Source: an uncultured bacterium (GTDB taxonomy: Bacteria > JADJOY01). Taken from it: 54,878 nucleotides of DNA. Both the position numbers and the translations under genes were made by a program. The notes under the pieces are model-generated. The model saw only the letters and a list, made by a program, of their open reading frames with translations. It did no database searches and was not told the DNA's origin. Numbering within the stretch: position 1 is the stretch's first letter; every line of letters begins with the position of its first letter. The stretch lies in assembly GCA_964650975.1 (NCBI GenBank), contig CAZYWA010000003.1, positions 1 to 54,878 on the forward strand, written 5' to 3'. Below are positions 18,744 through 28,012 of this stretch, one piece after another.

Positions 18744-19859
18744 ATGGCCAGCCTCGACATCGACCACCTCGACAAGACCTATCCGACCGGGAAGCGTGCG
18801 CTCGCCGACGTGACGCTAGCGGTAGCCGACGGGGAGCTGATGGTGCTGGTCGGGCCGTCGGGCTGCGGCAAGTCGACGTTGCTCCGGGTGATCGCCGGGC
18901 TCGAGACCGCCACCGGCGGCACGGTGCGGATCGGCGACCGGGTGGTCAACGACGCGAGCCCGCAAGAGCGCAACGTGGCGATGGTGTTCCAGGACTACGC
19001 GCTCTACCCGCACCTGAGCGCGCGCGGGAACCTCGAGTTTCCGCTCAAGATGCGGCGCACTCCCAAGGACGAGATGGAGCGCCGCGTGGAGGCGATCGCG
19101 AAGTCGCTCGAGATCGAGCGCTGGCTCGACCGGCTTCCCAAGCAGCTCTCGGGTGGCGAGCGCCAGCGGGTCGCGATGGGCCGCGCGCTGGTGCGCGAGC
19201 CGAGCGTCTCGCTGCTCGACGAGCCGCTTTCCAACCTGGACGCGCGGCTCCGCGTGCAGGTGCGCGCCGAGATCAAGGAGCTGCAGCGGCGGCTTCGCAC
19301 CACGATGGTGTACGTGACCCACGACCAGGTCGAGGCGATGACGCTCGGCGACCGCGTCGCGGTGCTCGACGCGGGACAGCTCCGTCAGGTGTCGGCGCCC
19401 GCGGAGCTCTATTCGTCACCGCAGAACACGTTCGTGGCCGGGTTCATGGGCAATCCGCCGATGAATCTCTTCGCGACCCGGCTCGGCGCGACGTCCCAGG
19501 GCGCGCTCGCGGTGCGACTGGGCGGCCGGGAAGTGGCGCTGGCATCGCGGAAGGCGGATGCCGCCGCGCTCCGCACGGATGGCGAGCCGGTGACCGCGGG
19601 CATCCGCCCCGAGTCGATCAAGCTTGTCGAGCGCGACGGCATCCCCGCGACCGTCGAGCACGTAGAGAACCTCGGCCACGAGACGCTGGTGCATCTCACC
19701 GTTGCGTCCGAGGCCGCGGCCGAGCCTGTGCGGATGGTCGCGCGGGTGGGTGGAATGTCCGGGCTCGACTCGGGCGCCGCCGTGACGATCACGCTCGATC
19801 CCGCGGCCATTCACCTCTTCGGTGCCGACGGAAACCGGCTCGGGGTGGGAGCCGGCTGA
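18744..19859 (+). CDS. sugar ABC transporter ATP-binding protein (MalK/UgpC-like)
   Basis: Walker A GPSGCGKST, signature LSGGERQRV, Walker B VSLLDEPLS, plus a C-terminal MalK-type regulatory domain. An alternative TTG 18717 overlaps the upstream stop as TTGA. Confidence 0.92.
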   Translation: MASLDIDHLDKTYPTGKRALADVTLAVADGELMVLVGPSGCGKSTLLRVIAGLETATGGTVRIGDRVVNDASPQERNVAMVFQDYALYPHLSARGNLEFPLKMRRTPKDEMERRVEAIAKSLEIERWLDRLPKQLSGGERQRVAMGRALVREPSVSLLDEPLSNLDARLRVQVRAEIKELQRRLRTTMVYVTHDQVEAMTLGDRVAVLDAGQLRQVSAPAELYSSPQNTFVAGFMGNPPMNLFATRLGATSQGALAVRLGGREVALASRKADAAALRTDGEPVTAGIRPESIKLVERDGIPATVEHVENLGHETLVHLTVASEAAAEPVRMVARVGGMSGLDSGAAVTITLDPAAIHLFGADGNRLGVGAG

Positions 19860-19868
19860 GGCGCGGAC

Positions 19869-21119
19869 CTAGGCGAGGACCACGCGGTTCCGGCCGGCGC
19901 GCTTGCCTTCGTAGAGCGCGGTGTCGGCCCGGACCAGCAGCTCGCGAAGCTGCTCGCGTTCCATCCGGAGCTCGGCGCCACCGACGGTGATCGTGCAACG
20001 GGCCGTCAGTGGGGTGTAGGGCACGTTCACGGTCGCCTCCGCCGCGGCCAGGCGGAGCCGCTCGGCGAGGGCGGCCGCCTGCACGGCTCCGGTCTCGGGA
20101 AGCACCACGCCGAACTCCTCGCCGCCAATACGTCCGAAGAGATCGATACCGCGAATGGTCCGTTTCACCGAATCGGCGACGGCGCGCAGCACCAGATCGC
20201 CGACGGCGTGACCGTGGGTGTCGTTGATCTGCTTGAAGTGATCGATGTCCAGGATCAGGAGCGAGAGCGGCCTCCGGTAGCGGCGCGCGCGTCCGATCTC
20301 GATCTCGGCCAGCTCCAGGAAGCGAGCGCGGCTCGACGCGTTGGTCAGGACGTCGACGTAAGCGAGCCGCGCGAGCTCGCGGCGCTGCTCGAAATTGCGG
20401 CGGATCAGCACGTAGAACGCGTGTCCGCCGCCGGTCCCGAGCAGCGCGCAACCGATGGTGAGCGGCACCAGGCTCAGTGCATACGGTTGCTGCAGGTAGT
20501 CGGGGTGGGGAAAGAAGCACGATGCCAGCACCACGACGGCCGTGCCGAGCGCCAGTCCCAGGCGCGGCAGGAGCGGTACCGCGAACAGCACGGTGGCGAG
20601 CGGATACACGGCGCCGGTCTGCATCCAGGGCCGGTCGGCGCCCCCCATGGCCGAGAACAGGAGGAACGAGAAGCACGTGAAGCCGAGCTGCACCCCGCTC
20701 GCGACGAGGTAGGGCGAGGCGTTCCGCTCGGCGGTCCGGCGCATCGACCAGTACGTGCCGACGGCGCACGCCAGGAACCCGAGGCGCCACACGGTGAACA
20801 CCGCCCACGACCGGTGATCGGTGCGAAAGATCCAGGGGTCGAGAATCCACGCCGCGAGGTTGAGCGGGATGCAGGCGAGCCCGAAGAGCGACCACATGCG
20901 CGCCGTCATGCGCCGCGAGTAAGCCGCGAAGTCGTCCGTGTCGGGCGGGCCTCCGAGCGCACTCATGAACCAGCGCTCGAAGGCCTGCTCGACCCGAACG
21001 TTCCAGCTGCCGATCCAGTGCCACGGTCCCGAGGAGTCGACACCCGGGGACCGGCGCACGACCCGGCTCGGGCGCCCGGCCGCGAGCGTGGTGTTGGCGG
21101 CTCGGGCTCGCGCCGTCAT
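19869..21119 (-). CDS. membrane-anchored diguanylate cyclase (GGDEF)
   Basis: Several hydrophobic helices are followed by LLILDIDHFKQINDTHGH and RGIDLFGRIGGEEFGVVL (RxxD I-site five residues before GGEEF). The start is set at ATG 21119, 7 nt after the GH94 stop; the longer listed ORF (to 21284) would overlap GH94. Confidence 0.88.
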   Translation of the reverse strand: MTARARAANTTLAAGRPSRVVRRSPGVDSSGPWHWIGSWNVRVEQAFERWFMSALGGPPDTDDFAAYSRRMTARMWSLFGLACIPLNLAAWILDPWIFRTDHRSWAVFTVWRLGFLACAVGTYWSMRRTAERNASPYLVASGVQLGFTCFSFLLFSAMGGADRPWMQTGAVYPLATVLFAVPLLPRLGLALGTAVVVLASCFFPHPDYLQQPYALSLVPLTIGCALLGTGGGHAFYVLIRRNFEQRRELARLAYVDVLTNASSRARFLELAEIEIGRARRYRRPLSLLILDIDHFKQINDTHGHAVGDLVLRAVADSVKRTIRGIDLFGRIGGEEFGVVLPETGAVQAAALAERLRLAAAEATVNVPYTPLTARCTITVGGAELRMEREQLRELLVRADTALYEGKRAGRNRVVLA

Positions 21120-21126
21120 CGGCTGC

Positions 21127-24100
21127 TCACGCCGCGCCGAGCGTGATCGTGATTTGGTGGCGAGCGCCGTCGTTCGCCAGGGGGATGCGCGCGGCGCCGT
21201 CCTGGACAGCGACGGGCTGGCCATCGACGGTACCGGAGACGACGGTGGCGGCACGTCCGCCCGGGTTCGAGACCTCGACCGCATGCATCGTGCGACCGTC
21301 GAACCCCCGCCACTCGATCTGGTAGCGCGGCCAGGAGTCCGGGATGCGCGGGCGCAGCACCAGCGTCGTCCCGTCCTCGACGGTGAGCCCCAGGATCGAC
21401 TCGAGCGCGATCCGCATCATCCACCCCGACGAGCCCGTGTACCAGGTCCAGCCCCCGCGCCCGAGGTGCGGCTCGACGCTGTAGATGTCGGCCACCACCA
21501 CGTACGGCTCGACCTGGTAGATGCTCGCCGCGGCGCGATCGCGGGCATGGTGGACGGGGGTGAGCTTGGCGAGCAGCTCGGCGGCTCGCTCGTGTCGTCC
21601 CAGTTCCGCCAGCGCCCGCACCACCCAGAGCGCACCGTGTGTGTACTGTCCGCCGTTCTCGCGGATACCGGGCACGTATCCCTTGATGTAACCGGGCTCG
21701 CGCGGGGTCTTGTCGAAGGGCGGGGTGAGCAGACGGATCATGCCGGGGTCGTCGAGGACCAGTTGCTGCTCGACCGCGTCGAGCGCCGCTTCCGCACGCG
21801 GCCGCGGCGCGACACCCGAGATCACCGCCCAGGCCTGGGCGATCGCGTCGATCCGGCATTCGTCGTCCGCGGCCGAGCCGAGCGCCACGCCGTCGTCGTC
21901 GTAGGCCCGCCGGTACCAGTCGCCGTCCCAGGCGTGCGCTTCGATGGCGCCGCGAAGGTCCTCGCGGTACGCGCGGTAGCGCTCCGCGCGCTCGCCCTCG
22001 CCGCGCCTTTCGCAGAGCGGTGCGAAGAGCTCGATCACGTGCACCAGGAAGAACGCGAGCCACACGCTCTCGCCGCGGCCCTCGCGTCCCACGCGGTTCA
22101 TGCCGTCGTTCCAGTCGCCGGTGCCCATGAGCGGCAGACCGTGGGCGCCGCGGGTCAGGGCGCGATCGAGCACCCGGCAGCAATGGTCGTAGACCGACGC
22201 GGTCTCGGCGGTGCGCTGGGTCTCGAGATAGCTCTCGTCCTCGCCCGGCTCGAGAAGCCGGGCGACGACGAACGGCGCTTGCTCGTCGAGCACGCTCTGG
22301 TCGCCGGTGGTGCGCACGTAGAAGGCGGTGATGTAAGGCAGCCAAACCAGATCGTCCGAGAACCGCGTGCGGGTACCGCGATCGGCCGGTGGATGCCACC
22401 AGTGGAGCACGTCGCCCTCGGGGAACTGGTGGCCGGCGTGGAGCACGATCTGCGCCCGGGTGAGCTCGGGGCGGTGGTAGATCAGCCCGGCCGCATCTTG
22501 CAGCTGATCGCGGAATCCGTAGGCACCCCCCGACTGATAGAAGGCCGAGCGACCCCACAACCGGCACGAGAGCGTCTGGTACGCGAGCCATCCGTTGAGC
22601 ATCAGATCGATCTCGGGAGACGGGGTCCGCACTCGCACGCCCGCGACCACCTCGGACCACGAGCGGCGCGCCTGGTCCAGGGACGCGGCCAGCGCGCTCG
22701 CGCCGCGGAAGCGCGCCACGAGAGGACCCACGGCCTCGCGGCTGGCGACTTCGCCGAGCACGAACGCGACGTCGATCGATGCTCCAGCCGGCAGATCGAT
22801 CGGCACCCGGAACGCAGCGCACGGATCGAGCCCGGCACCGGTCCGGCCGTCGAGAGGCGAGCCCCGGGTCACGGCAGCGGGCGCCGCGATCGAGCCGTTC
22901 CGCCCCAGGAACGCGGTTCGATCGGCGGTGAACGACGGGCTTCCCCGCGCGGGTGCCACCACGGCGGCGAACGTGACACCGGCGGCGAAATCCTTGCTCC
23001 GCGGATTGCGGGCCAGCAGCGCGCCGCTCGCGGCGTCGTGCTCGGTCACGACATCCGCGCGCGTCTCGGCGGGTAGACCGCCCAGCACCAGCTGCGCGTA
23101 GCTCCACACGCTCAGCTCGCGGGACTTGGCGCCGGTGTTGGTGAGGGTGAGCCAGACCACCCGCACCGGTGCCTCCGCGTCGACGAAGATCCGCAGGGTC
23201 TGGTCGATCCCGTGCGACTGGCTCGAGAACTCGCTCACCCCGAAGCCGTGCCGCACCTCGCACGCGGCTTCGGGGTCGGCCGGTCCGGCGCACGGCGACC
23301 AGATCCGTCCCCGTGCCTCGTCGCGGAGGTAGATCGCCTCGCCATGAGGATCGGTCACCGGATCGTTCGACCATGGTGTCAGCCGATGCTCGCGGCTGTT
23401 GCCGCTCCAGGTGAATCCCGCGCCGGTCTCGCTCACCAGGCAGCCGAATCCTGGATTCGACATCACGTTCACCCAGGGCAGGGGCGGCAGTCCGCCGGCG
23501 AAGACGGCATGGGTCCGGATCACGTATTCGTGCCCCGAGGGATCGAAGCCGCCGACGCCGTTCTCGAACAGCAGCTTCGCCGCGACCGGGGGCGCGCCGG
23601 CTCGCTCGGGTGGGGGAGCCTCGACGTTGCCGGCAACGCGGAGCGGGGGCGACGACGGGTCTCGATGCCCGGCCTCGAGGAGCGCCGTGAGGGTGCGCTC
23701 GATCTCCTCGTCCGTGGCTTGGATCGGGATCCCGAGCCCATTCCAGTAGTCGCGCGCTTGCGCGACCTCGATGCGGGGAGTCTCGGCTGGCGAGCGGCGG
23801 GCACCGTTCTCCGCGGGCGGCACCCATCCGTAAGCGAGCACCGCGGCGGTCGCTTGCAAGGGCTCGGACCAGCCTAGATCGAGGCTCAGCCGTTCCAGGA
23901 CGTCGCGCTCGTGGCGGCCGGCGCCGTCGAAGGCGCGGAACCAGCTGGCCGCATCCTCGAGCTCCGCGACCGATCCCAGTGCCTGGGCTCGGGCGTCCGC
24001 CACCGCGGTCGCCGCGAGCCACTCGGCCCGCTCCCCTGGCTCGAGGACCACCCGCCGCCGCATCGCCACGATCGGATCGAGCACGCTGCCCACGGTTCCC

Positions 24101-24789
24101 GAGAGCGCACCGCCGGCCGCCAGCGCATGCGGGTCCGAGCGGCCCCGGCCTCGCCCCAGGAATCGCCGGCGGTCGGTCTCGAACGCGATCTCCCCGGGGC
24201 CGACGAGCGAGTGCGCAAGCCACGGCGCGCGTGCGCCCGGAGCGTAAGGCCGCCGATGCGCGAGCAGCGTCCGATGCTCGGCGTCCCACTCGGTCTGGAT
24301 GAAGAGCCGCGAGAAGACCGGGTGCGCGGCGTGCGCCCCGGGGTCGTGCAACACCACCTCCGCGTAGGTGATGACGTCCAGCACCCGCGTCATCCGGCTC
24401 TGATTGGCGACCGCGACCCGCCTGAGCTCGACGTTGCCGCGCGCCGCGATCGCGGTCTCCTGCAACACGTTCAGTCCGTCGTCGAGACGCTGGTGGGCGA
24501 TGCGCCCGTCTCGCATGCGAACCGAGTAGCTCTCTGGCGCGCGGCGCGTGGGCTGAAATCCGACCGACCAGACCGTGCCGCTGCGCGCATCGCGGAGGTA
24601 GACGGCGCTTCCCTCTTCGTCGCAGGTCCGGTCGCCGCTCCACGCGGTGACCGCGAGCCCGTCCCAGCGTGTGTACCCGCCGCCGGCGCCGGTGAGCAGC
24701 GTCACGAGCCGCCCGTTGGAAACGAAGCGGCCGTGGGGCGCCGGGTCGTCGAGCCGGTCGAGGGCCGGTACCAGCAGTCGGTCGAGCAT
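21127..24789 (-). CDS. GH94-type glycoside phosphorylase (NdvB C-terminal / 1,2-beta-oligoglucan phosphorylase-like), cytoplasmic
   Basis: SAFYQSGGAYGFRDQLQD and GLPLMGTGDWNDGMN (catalytic Asp block) are GH94 signatures. Two N-terminal beta-sandwich modules (..YLRDARSGTVWS.. and ..YLRDEARGRIWSP..). 1220 aa, no signal peptide. Confidence 0.88.
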   Translation of the reverse strand: MLDRLLVPALDRLDDPAPHGRFVSNGRLVTLLTGAGGGYTRWDGLAVTAWSGDRTCDEEGSAVYLRDARSGTVWSVGFQPTRRAPESYSVRMRDGRIAHQRLDDGLNVLQETAIAARGNVELRRVAVANQSRMTRVLDVITYAEVVLHDPGAHAAHPVFSRLFIQTEWDAEHRTLLAHRRPYAPGARAPWLAHSLVGPGEIAFETDRRRFLGRGRGRSDPHALAAGGALSGTVGSVLDPIVAMRRRVVLEPGERAEWLAATAVADARAQALGSVAELEDAASWFRAFDGAGRHERDVLERLSLDLGWSEPLQATAAVLAYGWVPPAENGARRSPAETPRIEVAQARDYWNGLGIPIQATDEEIERTLTALLEAGHRDPSSPPLRVAGNVEAPPPERAGAPPVAAKLLFENGVGGFDPSGHEYVIRTHAVFAGGLPPLPWVNVMSNPGFGCLVSETGAGFTWSGNSREHRLTPWSNDPVTDPHGEAIYLRDEARGRIWSPCAGPADPEAACEVRHGFGVSEFSSQSHGIDQTLRIFVDAEAPVRVVWLTLTNTGAKSRELSVWSYAQLVLGGLPAETRADVVTEHDAASGALLARNPRSKDFAAGVTFAAVVAPARGSPSFTADRTAFLGRNGSIAAPAAVTRGSPLDGRTGAGLDPCAAFRVPIDLPAGASIDVAFVLGEVASREAVGPLVARFRGASALAASLDQARRSWSEVVAGVRVRTPSPEIDLMLNGWLAYQTLSCRLWGRSAFYQSGGAYGFRDQLQDAAGLIYHRPELTRAQIVLHAGHQFPEGDVLHWWHPPADRGTRTRFSDDLVWLPYITAFYVRTTGDQSVLDEQAPFVVARLLEPGEDESYLETQRTAETASVYDHCCRVLDRALTRGAHGLPLMGTGDWNDGMNRVGREGRGESVWLAFFLVHVIELFAPLCERRGEGERAERYRAYREDLRGAIEAHAWDGDWYRRAYDDDGVALGSAADDECRIDAIAQAWAVISGVAPRPRAEAALDAVEQQLVLDDPGMIRLLTPPFDKTPREPGYIKGYVPGIRENGGQYTHGALWVVRALAELGRHERAAELLAKLTPVHHARDRAAASIYQVEPYVVVADIYSVEPHLGRGGWTWYTGSSGWMMRIALESILGLTVEDGTTLVLRPRIPDSWPRYQIEWRGFDGRTMHAVEVSNPGGRAATVVSGTVDGQPVAVQDGAARIPLANDGARHQITITLGAA

Positions 24790-24820
24790 GGAGTCGTGCG
24801 TCCGTGCGCGCTCGGCGATT

Positions 24821-27800
24821 CTAATATTTGATCAGCAGGTCGGCGGGAAGCTGATCGATCACGACCAGCCGGTCGCCGACCGATTTGACGCCCGGCTGGC
24901 TGGCCTCGATCCCCGCGATCGACTTGTCGAGCGGCGACTCGAGCACGATCTTCCCCGGCGGCACCGCGAGCCCCGGCTGGATTCGCACCCGGATCCGGGT
25001 GGGTGATTCCGCGGTGATCGAGTAGCTGAGCGGACCGTAGAACGTCGGCAAGCGCTTCACCTGGACCCCCGGGGTCGCGAGCACCCACTCGGCCGGCAGA
25101 CCGGCTCCCAGCACCAGCGCCTGATCGGACTCGCGCTCGAAGGCGAACGCGTCGCGCACCGCTCCCACGAATCCCGCGGCCACCCAGGTGTGCGGCATGT
25201 CGCCGATGAAGCGCGGCGCGTCGGCGTCGCGCCACACGATCTCGGCCCATTCGTTCCACTCGCGTGGGCGGCGGTCGCCGAGCAGCCGCGCCAAGAGGTC
25301 CATCGCCTCCCCACGCCGGCCGAGCCGGATCAGCGCGTCGGCGTTTCGCATCTCGTACGGCGAGTAGCTTTCCCAGTCGCCGGTTTGCTGGCGGTGCTGG
25401 ACCTCCTCCTGGTAGCGATCGATGGTCTTCTCGAGGAGCGCGTGTACCTCGGGGCCAAGATCGAGGTCGAGCACCAGCGCGATCGCGGTGGAGGTGGGGT
25501 CGAAATCGCCCAGCTCGACCGAGCCAGGGACGTACTCGAGGTGCTGGCGCGCGACGGTGCTCAGGATCGACGCGGTGAGCGTCTCGCGGAACGAATCACG
25601 CAAGTCCGCGTAGCGCCGCGCGTGCTCGTCGTCTCCCAGCAGCGCCGCGAGCTCGGCCGCGTCCATGAGCCCGCGCAGCGCGAAGAAATCGTCCCAGTAG
25701 GAATGCACCGGATGCGCCGAGTAGCCCTCGTGGCTGATCGACTCGGGCAGGAGGCCGTAGCGGTCGATGTGGTCGGGAGTCCGGTAGAGCTCGGTCATCT
25801 GGGTCTGGCGCAGGTTCGCCATGTAGTCGACGGCGCGCACCACGTGCGGCCAGAGCTCCCACACGAAGCCCACGTCGCGGGTGAAACGGTAGTAGTCGGC
25901 CACGGTGTGGATGAAGGCGCCGGGGCTGTCGTGCTCCAGCGTGGGATCGGCTCCGCGCCGGTCGATGCAGCACGGAATCATGCCGTCCGGGGCCTGATAG
26001 CTCGCGTACCAGCGAAGGAACTCGCGGACCTCGGCGGTGAAGCCGTTGCGCAGGAGCGCGGCCGAGCTGATGGTGCCGTCGCGGATCCACGAGCGGGCGT
26101 AGGTGCGCGAGCCGGGCTGCAACGCCGGGCCGTCACGGTTGATCAGCGTGTAGGCGAGGGTGCTGCGCAGCGTGTCGACGTAATCGCGCGCCACGTCGGG
26201 CACGCCGATCTCGACCCGGCCGAGCAGTTGCCGCCAGCTCGAGGCGGTGCGGTCGAGAGCCTGGGCGAAGGTCCGCGGTTCGATCTCGACGGCCCCGGAG
26301 CTGGGATGAAACGGAACCGCGATGTCCACCTCCGTCGAGGTTCCCGCGGCCAGATAGAGGTTGTACTGGAACGCGGCGGAGGCGAGGCCGAACGGGTCGT
26401 ACGCGTGGTTCTGCAGCGGCACGTCTCCCGCCAGCACGTAGCGGCTGATGCTGCCTTGCTCGAAGCTCGCGGCGCCGGCGCGGTCGACCGGCGTCAGCGA
26501 CTGCACCACGTTCCCGTCGAGGCGCGCGGTGTTCCCTTCCATGCGGATGTCCTGCACGTGCGCGACGCCGCCGCTCATGTTGAGGTTCTGCCAGGGTGGC
26601 AGCACCTGGAACGGGCGCATCGCCAGGAAGAGCTGCACCGGCGCCTCGTCGGTGCCCTGATTCTCCAGGCGGTAGCGCGCAAACAGCACCGAGCTTCCCG
26701 CGTCGCCCGAGGCCACCGCGGTGATGGTGAGCAGCAGTGAGCCCGCTCGCCACACCACGGATGGAATGGGCAGATATCCGTCCTCCAGCCGATGGGTGAT
26801 CTCGGCGTCGGCCCAGGTGATGGGGCCGGAGTCGGTCCGCAGGAAGGGCTCGATCGAAAGTGTGCCGCGACCCAACTCGAGCATGCCGTCGGCGTTGAGC
26901 GTCGCTTCCTTCGAGTCCCCCGCGGCGCCCACCACCGTCCAGTAGGTCTGCTTGCCCAGCAGGTAGCGCGGGAAGGCCCCGCGCGACGTCTCGGCGGCGA
27001 TCGCCTCGAAGAACTGGTTGGGCGACGCCGAGAACGAATACGGCTTGATCGAGATCTCGGTGATGCCGTAACCGCGGCCGCGGCTCGACCGCTGCATCGA
27101 GATCCTCAAGTAGCGCGATTCGGCGTCCGGCATGTAGACGTAGACGCGCCCGCCGTCGCCGGTGGTGGTCTTGAAGGCCGGCGTCCATTCGTTGCCGTCG
27201 AGGGACCACTCGATCGCGTACTGGGTCGCGTAGTCGTCGTGGTCCCAGTCGAGGGTCAGGCCGCCGTATTCGAGGTTCTCGCCGAAATCGAGCGTGAGCT
27301 GCTGATCGCGGGGAAGCGGCTTGCTCTTCCAGGCGGTGTCGGGCTTGAGGTCGAGCACGTTGGCCGGCTCGAATCCGTCGCGGTACGACGACGCATCGAC
27401 GTGCGGCTCGAGGTGCTCGGTGGAGGTCGGTTCGCGCTTCTCGAAGGCCAGATCGTCGAGCCACACGGTTCCCTGGCCGCCTTCGTTGGCGACGATCGCG
27501 ATCTCGATCGAGCCGAGCTTGGTCAGGTCGGCGTTGGTCCGGCCCCACGCGAACTCGAGCCGCGAGCGACGGATCGTGACCTTCTGCCACTCGACCGGGA
27601 AGGAGTAATCGCGCTCCTTCCTCCACCACACGCGCTGTCCGGCGGGGTCGACGGTCTTGAACTCGAAGTCGTTGTGCGGCCCCTCGCCGCGCAGCTGGAA
27701 GCTGAACGCGTAGTTGGCGGGCAGATCGAGCGGGAAGGCCTTGTGCAGGATCACGTAGCCGCGGCCGCGGCTCAGGTCGTAATCGATGCGCATGGCGCTG

Positions 27801-28012
27801 CCGTTGGGACCCGGGACCAGCTGCAGCTTGACGTGCGCGCCCTCGGAGGCGCTGGTGCTCCAGCCGTCGAGGGTGTCGAACGAGTCGAGGATCACGCTCG
27901 AAGCTCGGACGTCGGAGGAAGCGAGATCGAGGCCCAGGGCGAGCAACAGGGCCAGCGCCAGGGTCGCGCGCCGGCGCGGCACGGAGCCAACCGTCCGTTC
28001 ATCGCGGGTCAT
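24821..28012 (-). CDS. secreted multidomain protein: CBM-like jelly-roll + F5/8 type C (discoidin) + beta-sandwich + (alpha/alpha)6 glycosidase-like domain
   Basis: Signal peptide MTRDERTVGSVPRRRATLALALLLALGLDLASS. Discoidin block DDYATQYAIEWSLDGNEWTPAF..YLRISM. Six-hairpin block with RSWIRDGTISSAALL (GH15-like WIRD motif) and HSYWDDFFALRG. ATG 28012 overlaps the permease stop as ATGA. Confidence 0.8.
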   Translation of the reverse strand: MTRDERTVGSVPRRRATLALALLLALGLDLASSDVRASSVILDSFDTLDGWSTSASEGAHVKLQLVPGPNGSAMRIDYDLSRGRGYVILHKAFPLDLPANYAFSFQLRGEGPHNDFEFKTVDPAGQRVWWRKERDYSFPVEWQKVTIRRSRLEFAWGRTNADLTKLGSIEIAIVANEGGQGTVWLDDLAFEKREPTSTEHLEPHVDASSYRDGFEPANVLDLKPDTAWKSKPLPRDQQLTLDFGENLEYGGLTLDWDHDDYATQYAIEWSLDGNEWTPAFKTTTGDGGRVYVYMPDAESRYLRISMQRSSRGRGYGITEISIKPYSFSASPNQFFEAIAAETSRGAFPRYLLGKQTYWTVVGAAGDSKEATLNADGMLELGRGTLSIEPFLRTDSGPITWADAEITHRLEDGYLPIPSVVWRAGSLLLTITAVASGDAGSSVLFARYRLENQGTDEAPVQLFLAMRPFQVLPPWQNLNMSGGVAHVQDIRMEGNTARLDGNVVQSLTPVDRAGAASFEQGSISRYVLAGDVPLQNHAYDPFGLASAAFQYNLYLAAGTSTEVDIAVPFHPSSGAVEIEPRTFAQALDRTASSWRQLLGRVEIGVPDVARDYVDTLRSTLAYTLINRDGPALQPGSRTYARSWIRDGTISSAALLRNGFTAEVREFLRWYASYQAPDGMIPCCIDRRGADPTLEHDSPGAFIHTVADYYRFTRDVGFVWELWPHVVRAVDYMANLRQTQMTELYRTPDHIDRYGLLPESISHEGYSAHPVHSYWDDFFALRGLMDAAELAALLGDDEHARRYADLRDSFRETLTASILSTVARQHLEYVPGSVELGDFDPTSTAIALVLDLDLGPEVHALLEKTIDRYQEEVQHRQQTGDWESYSPYEMRNADALIRLGRRGEAMDLLARLLGDRRPREWNEWAEIVWRDADAPRFIGDMPHTWVAAGFVGAVRDAFAFERESDQALVLGAGLPAEWVLATPGVQVKRLPTFYGPLSYSITAESPTRIRVRIQPGLAVPPGKIVLESPLDKSIAGIEASQPGVKSVGDRLVVIDQLPADLLIKY

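Noticed and set aside
21116-24643. 1175-aa minus-strand ORF, and the 712-aa plus-strand ORF 20938..23076, overlapping the GH94 gene
   Set aside because: The translations are extreme Arg/Pro/Gly/Ala runs (for example RRRGKRRLPPRCAQRHG) with no motifs. These are alternative frames of a ~70% GC gene. The frame 21127..24789 carries clear GH94 signatures.
27190-27215. AGGGAC hexamers in coding sequence (27195, 30766, 53275), considered as extra members of the GTCCCT hairpin family
   Set aside because: The flanks do not form 7-8-bp complementary arms around the hexamer (for example tcgag-ggacca-ctcga places the loop differently), so these are probably chance occurrences.
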